Below, in pieces: positions 46,814-58,841 of a stretch of DNA of 64,000 nt. Numbering within the stretch: the stretch's first letter is position 1; every line of letters begins with the position of its first letter. The notes beneath the pieces are model-generated. The model had not been told where the DNA came from. It worked only from the letters and a program-made list of their open reading frames with translations, and did not search any database. The translations under genes and the position numbers were made by a program. The DNA lies in NCBI GenBank assembly GCA_002269645.1, contig NIVC01000387.1, positions 310,001 through 374,000 of the forward strand, given 5' to 3'. Source of the stretch: Macrostomum lignano. Lineage: Eukaryota.

Positions 46814-49800
46814 TCAGTCCGAGTCAGTCTTAGTCGGTACCACAACAATGGGCCTGGCCGAGTGCTGCAGTACGTAATCGCTGACGGAGCCCAGAATACT
46901 GCGCCGGATGCCATTGTTGCCTCGGCAGCCGACCACTACAACATTGACGCCCATCCGCTTGGCGGCTTCCACGATGGCAGCGCCGGGGCTGGAAGAGTCA
47001 CTGCTGGTGATGAACTTGCAGCGGAGGCCGCGCTGACGACACTCGACCAGCATGGACTGGCGCAGCTGCTCAGCCCGCCGACGCACCGCCCGGAACCGCT
47101 TGTCGTATTCGTCGTACTCGAATGTACTGCAGAACAAGTAGAAATTACTATATAAAAACAACATACCTAGATGCTCTAAAACATTTTTCCTCGAGCAGGA
47201 AGAAATCTATAGACTACAAACTCTTAGACTAGGCTAACAGACTGTTTCCCCGACCAGCGATATAATAATTGCAGGGCTGTGGGCACCCAGTGCAACGCTA
47301 TCGGCGAGATCGCCCCATCACCGGCGGTGAGGCAATTCTGCACATTCCGCTGACTCTTGAACGCATACTCGTACAAGCGCGCTAATGCTGTACGCAGGCA
47401 TGCACTCATACAGACGCTCATGCAGGATGTACAGCGGTCCCGAATTGCCAATAGTCACACTTTAAGCCTCGGGGGTTGGCTCTCATGGCTGTGAATCGCA
47501 CGACAATCCACAAAGCTAATTTTTGCGCACAAGCCTCAAATTAATGTGGCTGCGCACGGAAGCGAACCAGGGGTCTGTGGGGCAGTGTACATCTGCCTCC
47601 TCTCTCTCTCTCGCTCACTTAGTCCGGCGCTATCACTGCCCCGTACAAGTACGTACAGCCAACCATTCACTTCAATAATTGATTTATTACGCAATTAGTC
47701 ATAGCCAAATATATAAGTCGGCCCTGCTAAGTGCAAGCGGCCCTTTGAGTTATTTTTTATGCCTGCCTAGCACCATATCGCGGCATTGGCTTTTTTAAAG
47801 GGGCCTGTGCTATAGAATACTCTTAACTCCTAAATCCTTAAGAGTGTCCTAACTCTTAGCTGGCTTTTCTGTGCTATAGAATAAAGAGTAAATTTTAAAA
47901 GCTAGGAGGCTCCTTAAGGACGTTAGGAGACTCCTGGGTGAATTTAGGAGAACTCATTAAGGTCCGTGGCATGCTATAGAATTAGGAGAGGAAGTCTAGG
48001 AGCTAGGAGTTGGCTTTTAGGAGTGATTCTAGGAGCGCGTGTTCTATAGAATGAGAAAATTTCGCTCCTAACTCTTGACTCCTAAGCAAGAGTTCAAGGG
48101 CCAATTTTCACTCTTAGACAAGCCAGGATTATAATGTTTTCGGACAGCGAATCGGATTCTGATGAGGAAGGAGTCAATGATAGACGCCATCGACAATTTA
48201 AGGCAAGAATTAATTTTTTTTAAGAAGATCCAGCCGAGAGTGCTATGCGTTTTAGACTTAACGAGATCCAGCTTTCAAGCCTAACAGATAGAATTCGACA
48301 CAGAATCGAACATCCAACACGGTGCAACTTTGCTCTGAGCGCCGAACAGCAAGTCCATCCGCTTTCTGGCCGGGTCGTGGTCGGGAGTAAGATGCGTTTA
48401 TTTTACCACTGAGCCGCTCTGCCTTGACCACCCTGATCACGCGACTGCAGGTCTCATCCCTCTTATCCATCCCATAGGTAGGAGACTCGTACATAGACGC
48501 ATTGACCAATTGGAAGAACCTCCGAGAAGTCAACTGCGACACCTGACCCAATGCCGCTCCCCTAAGACAGATTGTTTCTTTAATAGTGAGATACTGATTG
48601 ATTTAGTGAGAACGAAAGAGTTACAGCTGAAATGCGATCGAGCTGGATCTCAATTGGCGCGCAGATGTCGCCATCAGATTGGAGTAACACACTGGACAAT
48701 CACATTGGAGTAACACAGTGGACAATCACATTGGAGTAACACACTGGACAATCACATTGGAGTAACACACTGGACAATCACATTGGAGTAACACACTGGA
48801 CAATCACATTGGAGTAACACACTGGACAATCACATTGGAGTAACACACTGGACAATCACATTGGAGTAACACGAGGAGAATGTGAAGCGTATTTCTCATG
48901 GCTAGTCTGGCTAGTTAAATGGAACCTCGAGCGTGCGTGTCCACCTGGCACTGTGGTTAAAATCAGATGCTAAGCCCGTAGGAACTCAGAAGCCGGTCCT
49001 GACGAATTTCACTAATCTGAACTCGAATCTCACTTTTGGAGACGCCTAGAAGCTTACAGTCGAGAAATCCGCTGGACTGCTGTGTTAAAATGGCATACGC
49101 TAGTAGGTCCAGCAATGGCGTCAGCTGCTTTCCCATAGCTTTACATTGGGTAACAAGCAATCGAACCCCAAACTTCCCTGCGTCTCCATGAGCAGTAGAG
49201 GTCAGACGAGATGTTGAACATGTTCTGTTTTGATCGTGTCATCATTATCTCGGGGATTGCAAAATGTTTCAAATCGTGAATTACAAAAGCAACTTGACTG
49301 CAATATCGGCTTAGTTGCTGAACCAACATGAAAAAATGTCTCTACTCGCACAACTTCAAATGAGCAGACACATATTCGTAGAAATCGATGCAAATTTCAG
49401 GGAGCACCAGAATTTCCCGCGGGAAGTTTTCCCGCCGAGGTTTTCCCGCAGCGAGGTTTTCCCGCAGCGAGGCTTTCCCGCAGCGAGGTTTTCCCGCAGC
49501 GAGGTTTTCCCGCAGCGAGGTTTTCCCACAGCGAGGTTTTCCCGCAGCGAGGTTTTCCCGCAGCGAGGTTTTCCCGCAGCGAGGTTTTCCCACAGCGAGG
49601 TTTTCCCGCAGCGAGGTTTTCCCGCAGCGAGGTTTTCCCGCAGGGTTTTTACAATCGGAATTTCAAGTCAAATCCAGTCTATAGACAATGCTGGACTAGA
49701 TTAGAACTAGCCTAGACTAGACTAGACTAGGCTAGACTAGACATAAACTAGACTAGATTTCAAATCGAATCCGATCGGATTTGACTTGAAACTTCGACAG

Positions 49801-50214
49801 GAAAACCCGGTGAGAAAATCTCGGCGGGAAAAGCTTGCGCGGGCAAACCTCAGCGGGAAATTCTCATAGACATCAAGCATCAAGATTGATGATCTAAAAA
49901 CTGAAAAACCTCACGAAGAAGCCCACCGACTATCCTACCCTGAGCTCCCCTGCACAGCAGAGTCTCAAGAAGCCGCCCACCTCAACTCACCCAGACGGCA
50001 GCAGCAGCAGGCCAGTGAGCACATTCGGCATCTCCAGCGAGCTGAACAGGATCAACTCGTCGTTGCGGCTGCCAGGCGCGTTGGCCCAGAAGTTGAAGGC
50101 CTTCTGGGCGCCAGGCGAGCCGTCCAGAGCAATGAGGACGCGGCGCTCGCTGGCTGGAACGCCGCCCTCCAGCATTCGCTCTGGCGCGCTAGCGCTGCTC
50201 AGGTAGCTGCCCAT
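46814..50214 (-). CDS. Universal stress protein (UspA domain), 178 aa, 2 exons
   Basis: Exons 50214-49991 and 47126-46814, phase 2 compatible. RVLIALDGS at the N-terminus; GCRGNNGIRRSILGSVSDYVLQHS matches the G-x2-G-x9-GS ATP-binding motif. Confidence 0.92.
47800..48400 (+). mobile_element. PIF/Harbinger transposon 5' remnant in the USP intron
   Basis: Left end GGGCCTGTGCTATAGAA with subterminal CTATAGAA repeats. Broken ORF from 48133: MFSDSESD..RFRLNE..IEHPTRCNFALSAEQQV..RFLAGS, like the Harbinger transposase N-terminus. No right TIR seen. Confidence 0.65.
48678..48872. repeat. 26-bp minisatellite (TTGGAGTAACACACTGGACAATCACA)n, about 7 copies
   Basis: Tandem array. Confidence 0.93.
49418..49642. 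repeat. 16-bp minisatellite (GCAGCGAGGTTTTCCC)n, about 13 copies
   Basis: Tandem array forming the left arm of a larger inverted structure. Confidence 0.93.
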
Positions 50215-53200
50215 GGCTCAGAGACTAATCTGGCTGGCTGACTTGCAGCTGGAATGCGGTGATGATAATACTGTTAGTAATGCGTGCGCTCATTAAGACA
50301 GAGGACAGATTCTGCAGAGTTAAACAAGTTTTTTTGTGTGAGATATGCTGAATCAATAATCACTTATAGTTTTTAACTGTTTTTTTTACCCAAATAAGAC
50401 TCTTTGCCAAGCTTTTTTAAAGAATTGAAAGACTATAGGCTAAATTAGTGACTAATTTAACCATCAGCACTAATTCAATAGTGGGCTTAACAGGCTCTAT
50501 AAATTTATATGAAAGGCAAGCAATTTGAAATGGACAACCAGTGTCAGCCTAGCTTGATGAAAAATACAGCAGCAGTTCAATGCTTCAGTGATTGGCTACT
50601 AGCAAACAACTTGCAACTGGATTTCAGAATGGTGCCTGTGCATTGTGCAAGAGATAGCAAAATTCTTCACTGTTTTAATGCATTGTTAAAAACAAATGAA
50701 AACTATTATTTGCCAAATACTATGTTGGGGCTCTGTAGATAGCATCAGCTATGATCACGATATCCAGACTGTCCAAAGCTCGCCAAATGTCATTCATTAG
50801 GATTTGAACTCTTAATAGTGGAGCCTGCAATTCACAACACCAAGTAAACTTTATAGGCTTAGGCATTAGTACCAAGTCATCTGGGAGCTGAAATTTCATC
50901 AGAAACATGGTCATCTTGTTTTGCTAATTGTGAGAATGCTCTACTCTAAGAAATGTGGATATGAAGTGCAATTGAGTCACTTTGGTTCCAAGCATGAAGT
51001 GATCATTTATCAAGGAGTATACTATCACCTAAGTCAAAATCTTGTTGCTTTTCAACATTGTAAGCAGACAATTGCAAGACTAGCAACCCAATAGGAGTGC
51101 ATCTTTTGCCTGTCCTAAAGTATTTCTAGGAGAGTTTTTTTTTAAATTACCAAGATTACTATAATCTTAGACTCTTCTATCAGCCAGTAGAAGAAATTGG
51201 TTTAATCTGTATGTTTTTGATTGTCTGCCACAAAAAATGAGTGCATTATTTGTAGTAGCTTTTTACCAAAATGGGCCATGGCAAATGTGCAGTTAATGGA
51301 GTAGGAGCTATAATAAAGCAACAATGCAATAGCATTGTATTGATGGGAGGCACTGTGCAAACCCTAGATGAAGTTATAATACAGTAGCACAACTAGAAAT
51401 TTGTTGAGAGAAGACACCAATGGATTCTGGAAGGTAAAGACCCAAGTGCAATAGAAGGGATATAGCTCTGTTATTATATTTTGGCAAACATTTGCTTGGT
51501 CCTCCATTTTGTTTTTTCTGCTTTCTATCTAAGGGGGTGACTGCTCTTAACTCCCTCTTGGTTGCACCACTGTCATGGTGGCTGCTCATTGTGAACTAGA
51601 TTTGAAAGTCATTTTATTCATTGTTACAACAGAAGACATTGACCTTCAAAAAGGTGTACTTCAAATAGTTGATCTAAATGAAATGCAAGGAATTGCAAAT
51701 TGCCATGATGTCTGCTAAACACAAAAAGAAATTGTATATAGTTGGCCTACCTATATATGCTCTCACTTAGCACCAGAGTGTCATTGCTATAACAAACAAA
51801 AAGTTGCAAGAAAATCTGGAACCTAATCTAGAACCTATTTCAAATCTTGGCACAGCTGCAGGAGTGAGTCAGAATAGTATACCAACTACCAAGAAATATA
51901 TAGTTGTCAATTGATGGTTCAAGCTGCAATTCTATTCCTTGTTATAGATATCAATATCAATATCAAAGTGACAATAAGTTTGAACAGAATGTCAAAATGT
52001 CTATGGCCACAATCTGTCAAGCTTCAATAGATGCAGTATGATAGCTACCATAAATGGCAGAATTGACAATATGCTAGGATCAAGATATACTGTGACATTC
52101 TAGAAAATGCATTCTTTATATAAATTCCATACATTCTATACTATTTAATTAAGCAGGTTTATTGGACTTTAATTTAGTAACTATAAATGTCTTTTTTCAT
52201 AACAAAATTAAACTTAAAAGCAAAGAAAATTTTTAATTTTAAGTATAAAACTAACAAAAATAGATATTTCTAGAAAATAAATAAATATTATAGTTTTATA
52301 AGTTAAATAAGCAAACTATTTATCTTTGGTATTAATCATTGTCAGAATGCCTTTAAAAATGAATAGCACTCTTTAGAAATTTAGTATAATTTTTGGTTTT
52401 AAGTACAAAAACTATTATATTAGGCCTAATGTTTGAGGTAAACATTTTTATGGCTCTGAACTTTTTTAAATTCTTTATTTTTGTATTTGAGATTTACAAT
52501 AATGCAACTAGAAATTTGTTAAGGGAAAAGGCAGATTCTAGAGAGTAAAAACATATATGGGGGAGAGATAATAGAGGAAGTGGCTCTGTATTTTGGCAAA
52601 AATTTACTTGAACCCCTCTTTGATTATTTCTAGTATTTACCTAATGGGGGCAATTGACCCATTGCCCCCTTGGTAGCACAACTATTTAATTAGGCACTCC
52701 ATTTTGCATTAGGCCTAGTATGCTAATAAACTATAGTTTTGTTAATAATAATTAATAACATAAAACTTTTATACATAAGACAAGTGTTAAAATAAATATA
52801 TAAATTTTAAGTTTCATAGATATCTAGGCTTATTATATCATTACTTTGGCAGTTTATAATCCTATTTCCATAAGATGTAGTGCATGACAGAGTTTTCTGG
52901 CACGTATTTTAAAATATTAGTGTACCACTGAAAGAAAGTGTAGTTGTGAGCATGTACAAATAGCATTCAATGTGCATTAAGGCATATCAGTATAAGGCAT
53001 ATAATAGATAGATGTTCAAAGTTATTTGCTACAGAAAGTTTTTACAATTCAAAGCTAAATTATAAGTGGTTTTTCTGACAGTATTAACTAGGATAAATGT
53101 AAATAATTGAAAAGATATCAATAGTTTATTAGCAGGACCATGTACAATAGCACAACAACAAAAACAAAACAAATTGTTAGTCAGTCAGCAGTCCATATGT

Positions 53201-53769
53201 ACATATAGGTTGTATCATTAGTTTAGTTTTAATTGAAACTTACATTGTAAAAATGCAAACTACAAAAAATGTTCTTTATTGTTGCAATTGCAAAAAAGGT
53301 CCTTTATTGTCACAACTGCAATTAGTGTCAGCGTTCATTGATTCAAAGCATTCTGGCATTCACTTAGCATGATCTAGACTATGGGTTATAATTGTAAGTG
53401 ACAAACTTGTAATGCAAAAAATAAAAGACTATTCAGTTAAAAAATAAAGATATGTGTCATTAATATAACTGATAGTGATATATTTGATATATATGGCCTT
53501 GTGGTAATAAATTGGCACAAACGCTAAAAAGATTAAAGTTTTTATATTATGAATAATTTGTTTCAAATCTATTATTGTATCTATATATAAATATGATTGA
53601 TTAAACCAAAATAATGCATGATAATAAGGCAATCCTTTGGATTCCCACTCTAAATTATTTTTTGACTCTGTTTTTGACCTTTTCAGCTACTGACTGAATG
53701 GCTAGCCGACTTAGAGCGCCACTATCTATCGTGCTTGCTGCCAAAGTTGTCAACAGCATCTTGCTGTGT

Positions 53770-53925
53770 GACATTGAAGTCACCTACCAAGAATTAGTTG
53801 CACTAGTACCAGACGTTAACGAAGCCATGCAATGGATGGAAAGACACCACCTGCTTGCTAATAGCAAGATGTGTGACACATGCAATGTTGCCATGGCACT
53901 CCAGCGCCATGCTGGCATGGCATGA
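53770..53925 (+). pseudogene. Possible Merlin/IS1595-like transposase N-terminal fragment
   Basis: EAMQWMERHHLLANSKMCDTCNVAMAL resembles the CxxC zinc-ribbon start of ISXO2-like transposases; from recall, not searched. Confidence 0.35.
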
Positions 53926-54039
53926 ATTCATGTGGCACCAAGCTTTTCCTGAATGGCAATTTGGCAATATCCTCTACTGGATTATACACTACTACCCTAT
54001 GTAGTAACTTGAACTTATTTAACCTCTATAACTCATTTT

Positions 54040-56845
54040 TGTTGCCTCGGGAGTCTAAAAAGTTCAAAAACAAGGTCAAAATAATAAACTCGGAATCTAG
54101 AGTGAGCTTCTATAGCTACCTTCTCCAAGATGCCACTCTTCTTGAGAAATGGAAGCGAGAAAACCCGAGAAAAGACTTCAAGCCAACAAAGTACTCCAAG
54201 ATTTGCTCTTGCCATTTTTATCCTCATGACTTCATTGAAGCATCTGCGGATACCAATGCCACGCAAAATAAGAGAAGAAGTGAGTCACTATCAAGGAGGT
54301 GTCTGAAGCCTGGAGCAATTCTGTCTATCTTCCTGAACACTCCCATCTACTTGTCATTTGATAAGAAAGCACCGCGAGCAACGACAGTGACATTATCTTA
54401 GCGCATGGAGAGAAAGCAAAGAGAGCTAGAGGAAAGGATTGGAGTCTTTCTGGAAGCCAACTCCATTGCTGAGATGGACCTACAGGAGATTCAGCGCAAG
54501 CTGGAGCAGGAAGCAACCAAGCCAGCTAGATTTCAAACGGCTATCCAGGACAACAAGCTGTGCGTCTACATGCTAGAGACACAACCAGTGTGCCGTGTTT
54601 CCTGCTATATTTGCCTTGCAGAAGACCTTACCGTCACATATGGAGCCAATGGACTGCCACTAAAAGCAAGCATGTTTAGCGACCTACTGACTAGAGGAAA
54701 AGCTTTGACTCTCAGCCAACTTGTGAATTGTATGTCGAGAATCAATAATTGGACTGAAGATTCCTGCAAGGCAGAGTCCTCTGAGACCAAGGTTGCCAGT
54801 CTGCTAGATGCGGTGCAAGATCTCTTGGAAGAAGCAGAAGGGCTGACAGACAATTGTACTGTGAGCTTTGCCCTGGAGCAGCTGAAGCTGAGCAGGAAGC
54901 CATCACACACCAGGAGGTACTCCGAGGATCTCCTTGTGTTCTCCTACTTGATCTACTCCATTAGTGCCTCAGCATACAAGACCATGCTTGAACAGGATGC
55001 AATCTGAATTCTGTCTGATTGCACGCTAAGGTCAATTACTGCAAGAGTTGGATCTTCAAGTGGCCTTGACAGCAAAGGCTACCTTGCTCTGAGAGCTTCA
55101 AAGCTGTCACAGATGGAGAAGGTTGTGACCTTAGTCATCGACGAGATCTATGTTGCAAGTAGAATTGAATATAGCAATGGCCAGCTTATGGGCATTGATG
55201 AGGATAGTGCATGGGCTTCAACGCTCTGCTGCTTCATGATCAGCTCTATTGTTGGAGAGTTCAAGGATATGGTGGCAATGCACGCAGTTTCTGCATTAAT
55301 GGCAAAGACGCTCTCCAATTGGTTTCAGCAGGCCATGGAGGTCCTGAGAAAGCTTGGGTTCACTGTCATGGCAGTGTGCATGGACAATGCTGCCGTCAAT
55401 TGGAAATTTGCCAAATGCCTATGCAGCAGTTTAAGGTGCAACATCAATCCATCATTCATAGACGAAGTAACACGCTAGCCTGTGTTTGTGCTATTCAATC
55501 TAGTGCATAACTTGAAAAACATCTACAACAACTTTCAGAGTTGAGGAGTCTTTCATCTCCCTTCCTCTCTGGCTCTTTTGCATGGATCCAAAGCTTGATT
55601 TGACCACATCATCTAGCTGTACAAGTTGGAAGCTACAAAGCCACTGAAGCTAGCGCACAAGCTGAATCCTACTATTCTCAGTCTGAAGAGCATCAAGAAG
55701 ACCTCAGTGAAGCTCACAGTTGCCATCTTCAATGAGTCCATCCGTGATGCTCGTCTGCTACTACTCTGAGCATGATGGTAGGCCCTGGCAAGGCACTGTG
55801 GACTTTATCACCTTGGTGCTGAAGCTCTGGCATGTCCTCAATGTCAAGTCGCCATACAAAGGAAAGTGCAAGTGGGACATCAGCCAGGATCCTGTCCGTT
55901 CATTGCTTGACTGGAAGCTGCAGTTTCTAGAGGAGTTTGCTGACTTTCTTGACAGCTGGGAGGAGTCAGACAATCCTGGCATGTCCAAGGAGACCTTCTT
56001 TGCCTGCCGCGTGACTTGCCATGCCTTGGCCTGCTATGCAAGGCATTTGCTGAACCATGAAGGCTTTTCCTATGTGCTTCTTGGAGCGATTCAGTCAGAC
56101 TGCATTGAGCGCCGATTTGGCTGGCTTCGGCAAATGTCCAGGGCAAATTTCTTCATTTCTGCACAACAGGTGAAGGAAAACAGCAAAAAAATTGCTGTGG
56201 TCAGCCTCTTGAAGTATTCGGACTTTTCCTTGAAGGAAATTGACAGTGTCATCAAGGTGCCCTCCAACTCTGGCTCTGTTTGGGAATCTGTGAGCATGCT
56301 GGCTGCGCAGCTGGAGATGGATAGCTATCCTTGGCTAGAAGACCTGACTGCAATATTCTATGTCACTGCCGCAGTTGCTTGCAAGTTTGTGCAGAACTGT
56401 AACTGTGACTCTTGCAGAAAGCTGTTGCTTGCATGCTTGAAGGTGCCACCATTGGATGTTGATTGGGTTCCAGCTGAGGCATCATCATTCTTTGATCACA
56501 TCAACTTAGGAGGCCTATGCCAGCCAATGGAACTAGCTTTCGCATTTTCAACGCATTGCTAGAAAATCTTCAAAGAGATAAGATGGAAGGACTCGCTCTT
56601 CAAGGCATTCCTGACTGTGCAGCAACAGCAGCAAGTCTTCTGTGGCCTTGTGGATGAGATGGCTGACAATGAGGTCTTTCTGGAGTCTTTTATGTAGCTG
56701 GTGATTTGCCACAATGTGAAGACAAGCTTGGCAAAAGCTTTCTGCAACTACATAATGAAAAACCTGGCCAAGCAGCTCTCTAATCGTGAAAGCGGAAGGA
56801 AGCTAAAGATCTCTAAGCTGTCTGGCCTCTTTTCTATGGTTTGAT
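54040..56845 (+). mobile_element. Decayed P-element/THAP9-like transposase (THAP domain + Tnp_P core)
   Basis: THAP: SFYSY..LLEKWKRENPRKDFKPTKYSKICSCHF..LKPGAILSIF. Core: VTLVIDEIYV, CFMISS, VCMDNAAVN, VHNLKNIYNNF, QSDCIERRFGWLRQMS. Multiple in-frame stops; TIRs not delimited. Confidence 0.88.
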
Positions 56846-57687
56846 GAACAATTTATAAAGCTTTAAATGTCTCAAGATGATGAATATAACTACAATTACA
56901 TTTCAACTTAGTTTACACATGAGTTCTGTAATTATTCTTAAATAAGTTTGTTCAGACCTAGTCCTATAGCTAACTCAATATTTTCTCCATTATTGCCATT
57001 TATTTTCATCATATAGTCCAGGTTCTTAGATTAGTAGCAGCAATGTCTCCAAATGAATCGCTTTTGTATGCCAATAGTGTTTTAAAGACTCTTGAAAGAA
57101 ACATTTTGAGAGATAAAATGCCCTCTTTTTACTCACACAATAGCTGTGAAGGGTTGCCACACTAAGGTAAATTTGTGTGGGGAGCTTCCCATCCAATGAT
57201 GCTATTTTTAGGAGTCCCTGCTTAATATGTTACAGAGGTTACAGTAACTTATTAATATTTATAGTAAATAGTGGTTCTTCTCCCCAACTTTAGCTAGCTT
57301 TAAGCTTACTTAATGTAATTTGGTAACTATTATTGTAAATAAACTTTCTTCCCTGTGGCATGACCATAATTTGCATAAAAATACCTGGTAGCCATTTTGC
57401 TTCCTATATATGAAGACCATAAAAAACAGTTTTGCTATCTATTTGGTTACATTAAGTTAAAGCCCAGATAGTGTCTTATACATAGTGTCTTATACATAGT
57501 GTCTTATAACAGCATATTATTTTTTTATACATTTTTATATTATATTATTCTAGCTTTTTTATTTTAATAAAACCAAATACACGAATAAAATAGATTTTTT
57601 GAAAGGTGTAAAAGGTTTTATTCAACATTATAGGCCCTATAAAATTGGCATCTTGATCTTATAGGCCTAACCAGAAAACTTACAAAG

Positions 57688-58170
57688 CCAAAGGCAATCC
57701 TACCACTTCGAGATATTTGCGCGAGGATGACATTAGAGAACATTTTGACTTCATTCAAATTTGTGCTTAGCGAACAGTTCTAAGAACTTTCATAGTAAAA
57801 CAAACACTAACGAGTTTGTGTATCAATGGTAAATAAGATGTAAACTGCAAACTATAAAATATTAGGCCTAAACAAAATTTAGTTAAGTAATTGTCAGCTA
57901 AGGGCAAAAAGAAACAATCAATGTGTATAGTGGCGGCGCTCTTACCCAGTAGAAAAAAGCGACGCCACAGAAACTGCTCAATATCTTTTCTTGGGGATCA
58001 GATCATAGACTATACAGCTCGTACCACGTCAACCCTACACTCTTAAACTGAGATATACACTCGTGAGTGTTTCAGCATGAGAATTCTTAGAATTGTTCGC
58101 TGAGCGCAAATTTGAAGTCAAAATAATTTACCCGATACTCTGAACGAAGTGTAGGATTGCCGCTTGGAAA
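57688..58170. repeat. Imperfect ~100-bp inverted repeat pair (57688-57795 and 58078-58170)
   Basis: TTTTGACTTCATTCAAATTTGTGCTTAGCGAACAGTTCTAAGAA versus TTCTTAGAATTGTTCGCTGAGCGCAAATTTGAAGTCAAAA; GGCAATCCTAC versus GTAGGATTGCC. Confidence 0.75.
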
Positions 58171-58841
58171 TTTAATCTTTGAAATCTAATATAGTTCATT
58201 TGACTTGGGGCAGTGACATTATTTTTCATTTATTTTAAAGTTAAATCTGTATAAATGTATGATAAAACTGATTCCAAATTATACATCCAAATTATTATTC
58301 TTTTTCCCAAATTTACTTTTAATTCCTAGCGCAATTATACTCACTTAAAGACATTTCAAAATGTGATTATATAAGCATTGAGTAGCCTATATGTGTGTAT
58401 ATCATTGGAAGAAGCCTCATTATATCTTCAGCTCAAGCTCAAATAAAAAAGTACAAATCAACAGCCCAAGTTTTCTTGTTTTTAACTGTACGTTAGTAAC
58501 AAACGAAGGCAGACGACTGTTGGATGATTTTCCTATAAAAGACGCTGCCATCTCCAACTAAAAGCTCCTTCCCCTTATCTAGCTCGTATAATAAAATATA
58601 TTTGTATAAATTCGCTAGTCATTCAGGTGGTCCCGTTTTCATTGCAAGCGCCAAGGGACAATACTCGTACATAGCCTAAAAAGCTTGTTTCAGACTGTTT
58701 CAATTTGTTTCAACGCATAGAGCGGACAACGGTGCCGCTGTTGAAGATTCTCCAGATTAAACGCTGCCACTTGACGGCTACCGCCGCAGACGAACAGGCG
58801 AACATCGATGGAGATGGCCCCCGTTCGAGTCATCAGTACAG

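Noticed and set aside
38942-50214. USP-SCP2-EGF same-strand operon
   Set aside because: SCP2 has no clear acceptor before its ATG and has promoter-like sequence (TGACGTC) upstream; same orientation alone is insufficient.
57471-58020. P-element terminal inverted repeats (CATAG.. motifs)
   Set aside because: No matching inverted partner or 8-bp TSD found at the left side of the transposase.
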